Positions 1 through 5,139 of a stretch of DNA of 5,139 nucleotides are shown piece by piece. The notes beneath the pieces are model-generated. The model searched no databases and was not told the origin of the DNA. It saw nothing but the letters and a program-made list of their open reading frames with translations. The DNA comes from a virus. Within the stretch, counting starts at the first letter, position 1. Each line of letters starts with the position of its first letter. The stretch is from IMG/VR virus record IMGVR_UViG_3300011737_000031, positions 26,242-31,380 of that record; one strand, 5' to 3'. Position numbers and translations under genes: made by a program.

Positions 1-2352
1 TTAATGGTCAATGCTGGATTAGATGGTAGCCAAGCAGGTACATCTTTACGTATGGCGCTAATTAGGTTGGCAAAACCTACCGAAGAATCATCTAAGACTA
101 TGGAAAAGTTAGGTTTTGATGTCTTAGATGCAAAAGGGAATTTTAAGCCTTTAAATGAAATTATTGGCGAGTTAACAAAATCCATGGACGGGATGACAGA
201 AGCTCAAAAGCTAGCTAATTTAGCAACAATATTCGGTACTGAAGCCGCAACCGGAATGCTTATTCTGATGAATGAAGGACAGAACGGCATAAAAGGGTTA
301 ACAACAGAGTTAGAAAACTCTTCAGGTGCAAGTGCCGAGGCAGCCGCACAAATGAAAGCAGGGATAGGTGGGGCATTAGAAAACTTATCTGGTGCTGTTG
401 AATCAGCGACTATATCTGTTATGAGTCAATTAACGCCTTTAATTAGTGATATAGCTAGATGGACAACTGAGATAGTTGAAAAGTTCAATAGTTTAGATGA
501 CGGTACCAAGAAAATGATTGCAATGGCTACAGGAATATTAGCTGCATCTGGTCCAGTGTTGACTATTCTTGGATTGTTAATTATGGGCTTAGGTGGACTA
601 ATATCTGCAGTAGGATTCTTAATTAGTCCAATAGGGTTAGTAATTGTGGCTATTGCGGGATTAGCTGGGGCATTTACTTACTTCATGGCTACGAATGAAT
701 CATTTAGGAATACCGTTATGTCCGTATTCCAAACGGTCGCTGGATATGTCAAAGGATTTATTAACACAGTCAAAAGTATGGGCCCAGGAATCATGGGTGC
801 CTTTGACTCAATAGGTTCTCAAATTGGCTCTGTATTTCAAACGATTTGGGGTATTGTACAAACGATAATCCCTATATTTACAACTTTTTTCAGCAGTTTA
901 GTTAGTGGGTTCCAAGAAGCTGGTGGTGTAGGTAGTGGATTTGGAATTCAACTAATTTCCTTATTCGTCGGCCTTAATCCAATCGTAAAAATGGTCATAA
1001 TGCTATTCCAAAATTTTGGACCACAAATAACTGCAGCATTTCAACAGATTGTTACTATGGTATTACCGGTAGTAGCGACTCTAGGAACAGCATTAGGTCA
1101 ATTGGCAAGTGCAGTCATACCGTTGATCATGCAAGCTATTTCGACGTTAATCCCAGTTATTATTCAGATGGGAATGACACTGATGACGATTATTAGCGCA
1201 GTACTTCCAATCCTGATTGGTTTATTTAATCAGCTGTTCCCAATCATCATGCAAGTTGTCATGATTGTTATTGATTTAGTGGCTCAATTCATGCCATTAG
1301 TAGCCGTAATAATCAGCTCATTGCTTCCAGTTATTCAAAATCTCATCCTGGCATTTATGAACATTGTTCAAGCTGTAGCGCCTGCTTTTATTGCGATAAT
1401 CCAGTTGATTATTGGCGTGATTCAAGCTTTGCTACCAATTATCATGAGCATCATTACAGTAGTGGTCCATGTCTTTGCTGGCATTGTTTCAACCGTAAGT
1501 CCTATTGTAGCTTTCATAGCTGGAATTATAGCTGCAGTCATGTCAGTGATTTCTCCGATCATTGTTTTTATAGCGGGAGTAATTGCAAGCATAATTGCTG
1601 CCATTCGACCAATCATTGTTACGGTGACTGGTATTTTTAATACGGTTTTTTCTGTAATCAGTGGTGTTTGGCGTAATATTATGACCTTTATTGGTTCAGC
1701 GATTAACAAAATAAGTTCTATCATTAACGGGATCAGTTCAACAGTATCTAATGTTTTTAGTTCAGTTTTCAGCACGATATCACGAATCATGGACAAAGTA
1801 TCTAGCAAAGTATCTGGAGTCTTTAGCGCAATCCAAGGTGCTTGGTCTGGACTAACTTCGTTTGTAAGTGGAGTGTTCAGTGGAATCTCCGGATCCGTTC
1901 AAACTTTAGTCAGCCAAGTAAAAGGATTCATAAACGGAGTAATTGGCGGAATAAACGCTGCTGTCTCTATTATCAATAAAATTCCAGGTGTTAGCATTAG
2001 CAAAATACCTCAGCTTGCTCGTGGTACTGATGATTGGCAAGGTGGCTTTGCTCTCATGAATGAAGGAGGACGAGGGGAACTTGTTAACCTTCCTAATGGT
2101 AGTCAAGTCATCCCGCATGATGTCTCTATGAGGTATGCAAGGGAAGCTGGAAGAAGCACAAGTGATCAGTCAGGCGGTCGATATCAACCAGCAGGCAATG
2201 ATATGAGTCGAGTGGAAGCATGGCTTGAAAAGATAGCAAACAGTAACCAAGTTGTTGTCTTGGATAGCGGGGCGCTTGTTGGCGGCACTTACAATGAATA
2301 CGACCGTGTTGGAGGTACGAAAACAGTCTTAACAGAAAGGTGGGAGTATTAG
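1..2352 (+). CDS. tmp: Phage tail tape measure protein (TMP), 5'-truncated at the window edge. The C-terminal 782+ aa are present.
   Basis: The frame is open from nt 1 (codon 1-3 TTA is sense), so the ATG at nt 4 is probably internal rather than the true start. Stop is TAG at 2350-2352. The N-terminal visible part (nt 4 to about 270, NAGLDGSQAGTSLRMALIRLAKPT...LGFDVLDAKGNFKPL...FGTEAATGMLIL) matches my memory of the TP901-family tape measure core domain (TIGR01760-like). A long helical, hydrophobic repeat region follows. The C-terminus carries the motif GTDDWQGGFALMNEGGRGELVNLPNGSQVIP (nt 2014-2127), which is typical of Firmicute siphophage TMPs. Its position directly upstream of Dit and Tal genes is canonical. 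Confidence 0.9.
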   Translation, partial: LMVNAGLDGSQAGTSLRMALIRLAKPTEESSKTMEKLGFDVLDAKGNFKPLNEIIGELTKSMDGMTEAQKLANLATIFGTEAATGMLILMNEGQNGIKGLTTELENSSGASAEAAAQMKAGIGGALENLSGAVESATISVMSQLTPLISDIARWTTEIVEKFNSLDDGTKKMIAMATGILAASGPVLTILGLLIMGLGGLISAVGFLISPIGLVIVAIAGLAGAFTYFMATNESFRNTVMSVFQTVAGYVKGFINTVKSMGPGIMGAFDSIGSQIGSVFQTIWGIVQTIIPIFTTFFSSLVSGFQEAGGVGSGFGIQLISLFVGLNPIVKMVIMLFQNFGPQITAAFQQIVTMVLPVVATLGTALGQLASAVIPLIMQAISTLIPVIIQMGMTLMTIISAVLPILIGLFNQLFPIIMQVVMIVIDLVAQFMPLVAVIISSLLPVIQNLILAFMNIVQAVAPAFIAIIQLIIGVIQALLPIIMSIITVVVHVFAGIVSTVSPIVAFIAGIIAAVMSVISPIIVFIAGVIASIIAAIRPIIVTVTGIFNTVFSVISGVWRNIMTFIGSAINKISSIINGISSTVSNVFSSVFSTISRIMDKVSSKVSGVFSAIQGAWSGLTSFVSGVFSGISGSVQTLVSQVKGFINGVIGGINAAVSIINKIPGVSISKIPQLARGTDDWQGGFALMNEGGRGELVNLPNGSQVIPHDVSMRYAREAGRSTSDQSGGRYQPAGNDMSRVEAWLEKIANSNQVVVLDSGALVGGTYNEYDRVGGTKTVLTERWEY
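1489..1911 (+). repeat. In-frame degenerate 54-nt (18-aa) tandem repeats inside tmp
   Basis: Consecutive 18-aa units read directly from the translation: STVSPIVAFIAGIIAAVM / SVISPIIVFIAGVIASII / AAIRPIIVTVTGIFNTVF / SVISGVWRNIMTFIGSAI / NKISSIINGISSTVSNVF ... SKVSGVFSAIQGAWSGLT / SFVSGVFSGISGSVQTLV. The units are diverged at nucleotide level (synonymous and conservative changes), so these are old duplications rather than a recent DNA repeat. Confidence 0.7.
2334..2346 (+). promoter_or_regulatory. Shine-Dalgarno region for dit
   Basis: AGAAAGGTGGGAG is complementary to the Bacillota 16S 3' end. GGGAG ends 8 nt before the TTG at 2355 and 11 nt before the ATG at 2358. It lies inside the 3' end of tmp. 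Confidence 0.6.
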
Positions 2353-2357
2353 TATTG

Positions 2358-3068
2358 ATGGAAGAGATTAAAGAAGGCTTTACCTTTTTCGATGCACATA
2401 CAAAAGAATACAACATGAGCCTTAAAGAACGCCTTGCTCCCACTCCTGAAGAGAATACAATCACTGAAGAAGTGCCATTTATGCAAGGTTCATATGATTT
2501 TTCGATGATTCTAGGAGAGAGAATCTTTAAAAATAGATCTCTCTCTTATCGATTCGAAGTAGAAGAAAGAAGCTATCGGCATCGTAAAGTCGATGAAATA
2601 GTTTTGAAAAATTGGCTCATGAAAAGGGGCTGGGGCAGGTTATACGATGATCATGACGACGGTTACTATTACTGGGCGAAATGTACAAGTGTAACGGTTG
2701 AAGATGACCATGTTTTCGGTAGATTACTGGTATCAGTATCTTTTGAAGCCTACCCATTTATGATGGCTAAACTTGAAGAAGGTAACGATATCTGGGACGA
2801 GTTTAATTTTGAGCTAGACTATTCTCAACCGAATGAGTTTGTAATTAACGGCAGTTCTACCGTTAAACTAATGAATGTTGGTTCTGTAGGTATTGTGCCG
2901 ACTATTATTGCTTCATCTCAGATGTCCGTTGTAAAGAATGGAGTCACTTATAACGTACCAGCGGGTGAAAGTAAAAGCGAATCCTTCAGATTGGAAATAG
3001 GAGAGAATGCAATGACAATTAACGGTACCGGAACGATTAAATTTATTTTTTATAAGGAGCTACTGTGA
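2358..3068 (+). CDS. dit: Distal tail protein (Dit; siphovirus tail component, 'phage tail family protein'), classical short form of about 236 aa.
   Basis: The tracked ORF is 2340..3068. I prefer the ATG at 2358 (TTG at 2355 is an alternative) because the purine-rich SD AGAAAGGTGGGAG (2334-2346) overlaps the GTG at 2340 and would sit inside the ORF if that were the start. Stop is TGA at 3066-3068. The size, the position immediately after the TMP and before Tal, and the mixed beta-type composition fit Dit. There is no long insertion, so no evolved-Dit carbohydrate-binding module. The assignment rests on synteny and size more than on a specific remembered motif. Confidence 0.75.
   Translation: MEEIKEGFTFFDAHTKEYNMSLKERLAPTPEENTITEEVPFMQGSYDFSMILGERIFKNRSLSYRFEVEERSYRHRKVDEIVLKNWLMKRGWGRLYDDHDDGYYYWAKCTSVTVEDDHVFGRLLVSVSFEAYPFMMAKLEEGNDIWDEFNFELDYSQPNEFVINGSSTVKLMNVGSVGIVPTIIASSQMSVVKNGVTYNVPAGESKSESFRLEIGENAMTINGTGTIKFIFYKELL
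3054..3059 (+). promoter_or_regulatory. Shine-Dalgarno site for tal
   Basis: AAGGAG lies 8 nt upstream of the ATG at 3068, inside the 3' end of dit. Confidence 0.75.
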
Positions 3069-4705
3069 TGTATGAAGTAACTATTTTCGATGGTCCTGAT
3101 GATAAAGTGGGTATTGTTATCCATTCCCCTTTTCCTAACAGAGTAAAATTGTCTGCAGGAAGTGTAAAGCTGTTACTGAAGAGTATATCCAATGGATCCC
3201 TCACTATTAATCTTAGTAATCCTGGATGGGGGAAGATTAAGCCTTTAGTCACCTTAATTCGCGTGAAAGACATTAAACGAAATAAATCAGTCTTCAAGGG
3301 GCGTGTTTTAAAGCCTACGCACACTATGACTAGCAACGGTATGTTTAGTATTGAATATGCAATTGAAAGCGAATTGGCTTATCTGAATGACTCTAACCAG
3401 AGATTCGGAGAATACCATAATATCAGTGTTAGAGACTTCTTTACTGTGATGATAGAAAACCATAATAGTCAAGTAGAACCTCATAAGCAATTCAAAGTTG
3501 GCAACGTAACTGTTATGGATTCAAACGATTCATTGTATAGGTATTTAGGATATGAAAAAACTTTTGCTACCATTAAGGACAAGCTGATTGACCGGTTGGG
3601 TGGATACCTGGTTATTAGAGAAGAATTCGATGGCAATTATATCGATTACCTGGCTGAAGTAGGAGAAGATTCTCCAACAGAAATCAGGTTGCGGAAAAAC
3701 TTAAAAGACATGAAGCGTGAGATTGATCCGACAGGAATTATCTCACGCTTAATTCCGTTAGGGGCAAAAATTGAAAGTGAAGATGAGGAAGCAACGGATG
3801 CCAGCCAAGCAAGAATTGATATAAAGGAAATAAATAACGGATTAGATTATATAGATGATCCAGACATGATAGCTGAATTTGGAGTTATTACTGGCACGAT
3901 AGAGCTCGATGATGTTACTGATAAAAATACTATTAAGCTCCGTGGCCAACAATTTTTCGCTAGCCAAAAAGCAGCCAAAGTAACTTATTCTCTTACTCCA
4001 GTCGATGTCAGTTTAATTGACGAGTCTTTTGATGAGCTACAGGTTGGAAATCGCCATAAGGTCATTAATGAGGTTTTTGGAATAGACGAGCAGTTGCAGA
4101 TAATTGAAAAAGAGATCGATATCCCTAATCCTACCAAAATAGCACTAACAATTGGGGAAAAGTATTTAACGTTAACCAGTTACCAGGTTGATGCTAGAAA
4201 AAAAGTAAAAAGTGTGGAGTCGTTAGAACGTCAAGTGACTGCGTACTCAAATAAAATTGCATCTATATCTACAGAACTGACCAACACCAAACAAACGTTA
4301 CAGCAAACTCAAGAGCATCTACAAAATTTTGAAAGTGTTACGGATGGGGATATTGCAGTAATAAGCCAATCTGTCACTGAATTACTTGATGCGGTTGAAT
4401 CCTTAGAAGATACAGTTACTAAAATGCCAACAGCACAATTAGCTTGGTTTGATAAAGATGGACTTATGTCTAAAAACGATTTTAATAAACTATATTACAT
4501 TTCTCAATCGTCTAATTCTAACGATTTTTCTTATTATGATTTTGGTGTCAATATTAGATACGCTTTTGAGGTTATAGATAGTACTTTATCGGAAGGTTCA
4601 GGATCAGGAAATGGTTATTATTATTTAGCTAATTTACTTGAAGAAATGGCTCGTAAAATAGACGCACATGAGTTTAAAATTGCACGATTAGAAGGAGGTC
4701 AATAA
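3068..4705 (+). CDS. tal: Tail-associated / tail-tip protein (Tal; 'prophage endopeptidase tail' / phage minor structural protein N-terminal family), about 545 aa, with no recognisable C-terminal enzymatic domain.
   Basis: The tracked ORF is 3065..4705. The ATG at 3068 lies 8 nt after AAGGAG (3054-3059) and overlaps the dit stop (TGATG). The GTG at 3065 is possible but has only a 5 nt spacer. Stop is TAA at 4703-4705. The N-terminal ~370 aa carry motifs I associate with PF06605/TIGR01665-type Tal proteins: RLRKNLKDMKREIDPTGIISRLIPLGA, DYIDDPDMIAEFGVITGTIELDDVTD, and YSLTPVDVSLIDESFDELQVGNRHKVINEVFGIDEQLQIIEKEIDIPNPTKIALTIGE. Its position after Dit is canonical. Confidence 0.85.
   Translation: MYEVTIFDGPDDKVGIVIHSPFPNRVKLSAGSVKLLLKSISNGSLTINLSNPGWGKIKPLVTLIRVKDIKRNKSVFKGRVLKPTHTMTSNGMFSIEYAIESELAYLNDSNQRFGEYHNISVRDFFTVMIENHNSQVEPHKQFKVGNVTVMDSNDSLYRYLGYEKTFATIKDKLIDRLGGYLVIREEFDGNYIDYLAEVGEDSPTEIRLRKNLKDMKREIDPTGIISRLIPLGAKIESEDEEATDASQARIDIKEINNGLDYIDDPDMIAEFGVITGTIELDDVTDKNTIKLRGQQFFASQKAAKVTYSLTPVDVSLIDESFDELQVGNRHKVINEVFGIDEQLQIIEKEIDIPNPTKIALTIGEKYLTLTSYQVDARKKVKSVESLERQVTAYSNKIASISTELTNTKQTLQQTQEHLQNFESVTDGDIAVISQSVTELLDAVESLEDTVTKMPTAQLAWFDKDGLMSKNDFNKLYYISQSSNSNDFSYYDFGVNIRYAFEVIDSTLSEGSGSGNGYYYLANLLEEMARKIDAHEFKIARLEGGQ
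4691..4698 (+). promoter_or_regulatory. Shine-Dalgarno site for the downstream fibre/baseplate gene
   Basis: GAAGGAGG lies 6 nt upstream of the ATG at 4705, inside the 3' end of tal (it encodes ...LEGGQ). Confidence 0.8.
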
Positions 4706-5139
4706 TGGAGTATAGAGATCCAACGCCCATTTCACCTGATGAAATTGATTATGATGAAAGTAAAGTGGATACTCGTGTATCACACTATACAAAACAAGTT
4801 AGAGAGAAGATGCATGGAATAGATACAAGAGAAGCGATGGCGAGAGCTGAGGAAATATCAAGTGTTGTTTCTACAGAAGCAAAAGAAATAAGTGTAGAAA
4901 CTAAAGGTAGACAAGATATTTTAGAACAGCAATTCGATGACCAAATAGCTAATATGACTTTAGAAGATCCATCGTCTGCAGAAATAGTCGCCGCACAGAC
5001 TAATAGAAAAACAGGTGAGAATTGGCAAACTATCGGCAACAGATTAGACGAGGAAAACAACCGTCTTACCGCACTCTTGGCGACTATAGAGGACAATAAG
5101 GCTGCCATTCGTGATGGATTTAGATCGGCATTAGATTTT
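4705..5139 (+). CDS. Phage tail structural protein, 5' part only (145 codons, open to the window end). Probably a tail fibre, upper baseplate or receptor-binding protein.
   Basis: This ORF is not in the supplied track because it has no stop in the window. I translated it by hand: the ATG at 4705-4707 overlaps the tal stop (TAATG) and lies 6 nt after GAAGGAGG (4691-4698). Translation: MEYRDPTPISPDEIDYDESKVDTRVSHYTKQVREKMHGIDTREAMARAEEISSVVSTEAKEISVETKGRQDILEQQFDDQIANMTLEDPSSAEIVAAQTNRKTGENWQTIGNRLDEENNRLTALLATIEDNKAAIRDGFRSALDF, with no stop through nt 5139. VRxxMHGxDTRExMAxAxE and AEIVAAQ...G..W.TIGNRLD resemble motifs that recur at N-termini of Gram-positive phage fibre and appendage proteins. 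The product call is inferred from synteny plus these motifs. Confidence 0.7.
   Translation, partial: MEYRDPTPISPDEIDYDESKVDTRVSHYTKQVREKMHGIDTREAMARAEEISSVVSTEAKEISVETKGRQDILEQQFDDQIANMTLEDPSSAEIVAAQTNRKTGENWQTIGNRLDEENNRLTALLATIEDNKAAIRDGFRSALDF

Noticed and set aside
1422-1808. A 128-aa minus-strand ORF inside the TMP hydrophobic repeat region
   Set aside because: It lies entirely antisense to a strongly supported CDS. The biased, repetitive codon composition of the TMP core (I/V/L/A/S codons) rarely creates stops on the opposite strand. I saw no SD or independent family signature. It is a shadow ORF.
514-1983. Reading the hydrophobic stretch as a separate polytopic membrane transporter, permease or holin-like gene, or as a novel membrane-acting effector fused into the operon
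   Set aside because: It is one uninterrupted frame between a tape measure core domain and the conserved TMP C-terminal motif, with no internal SD or start context that stands out. Its helical-period repeats are a TMP hallmark. The parsimonious reading is a TMP ruler and membrane-insertion region.
1906-2118. A 70-aa minus-strand ORF
   Set aside because: It is antisense to the conserved C-terminal TMP motif region and short, and I recognise no protein features or obvious ribosome-binding site. It is a shadow ORF.
2340-2357. The GTG at 2340 as the dit start (as in the ORF track), giving an overlap with tmp
   Set aside because: The only purine-rich SD (2334-2346) overlaps or follows this GTG, so it cannot serve it. 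The ATG at 2358 (or TTG at 2355) sits at a proper distance. The N-terminal MGVLVL extension is probably not translated. This remains unproven without N-terminal data.
2126-2464. A 112-aa minus-strand ORF spanning the tmp/dit junction
   Set aside because: It is antisense to two tightly coupled structural genes. The translation is Cys/Leu/Ser/Arg-rich and low in complexity, which is typical of non-coding frames, and nothing supports a start signal.
3065-3067. The GTG at 3065 as the tal start
   Set aside because: The ATG at 3068 has the more usual 8-nt spacing from AAGGAG and forms the common TGATG coupling. GTG with a 5-nt spacer is less likely, though not excluded. The difference is one residue.
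3043-3490. Two minus-strand ORFs (3043..3336, 97 aa; 3308..3490, 60 aa) opposite the 5' part of tal
   Set aside because: They are antisense to the conserved Tal N-terminal domain and show no recognisable motifs. They are best explained as chance open frames in AT-rich sequence.
4785-5108. A 107-aa minus-strand ORF listed in the track
   Set aside because: The + strand frame from the ATG at 4705 is open across and beyond it, has a strong SD and stop/start coupling, and carries fibre-like motifs. The minus-strand product is Ser/Leu/Cys/Ala-rich, like an antisense artefact.
1-5139. A search for a defence system, toxin-antitoxin pair, moron, tRNA, CRISPR array, attachment site or transposase
   Set aside because: The four co-directional structural genes cover essentially every base, and the largest gap is 5 nt. 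I noticed no spaced direct repeats, cloverleaf-like segments, inverted terminal repeats or recombinase-like ORFs. Nothing supports such a call.

Overview
The whole window is one co-directional (+ strand), tightly packed block from the tail-tip/baseplate morphogenesis module of a siphovirus-type phage or prophage. The AT-rich codon usage (by eye) and strong AAGGAG-type Shine-Dalgarno sites suggest a low-GC Gram-positive (Bacillota) host. The gene order is canonical: tape measure protein (TMP, 5'-truncated by the window edge), distal tail protein (Dit), tail-associated/tail-tip protein (Tal, 'prophage tail' N-terminal fold), then the 5' part of a fourth structural gene. That fourth gene runs off the 3' edge and is missing from the supplied ORF track. 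It is probably a tail fibre, upper baseplate or receptor-binding protein. The last two junctions are overlapping stop/start codons (TGATG, TAATG). I see no RNA genes, CRISPR array, mobile element, intergenic promoter or terminator, and no inserted accessory (moron or defence) gene. I therefore cannot support a claim that this window holds a new non-structural system. The points worth a second look all lie inside the structural proteins: (1) an extremely hydrophobic, almost charge-free core of about 490 aa in the TMP; (2) a proline-phased 18/11 (=29) residue periodicity and clear 18-aa tandem repeats in that core; (3) a short Tal with no recognisable lytic domain, ending in a coiled coil, a fibre-like GLMS motif, a Gly/Ser hinge and a terminal helix; (4) the unlisted downstream ORF with fibre-type N-terminal motifs. 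All family assignments come from remembered motifs, not from searches.
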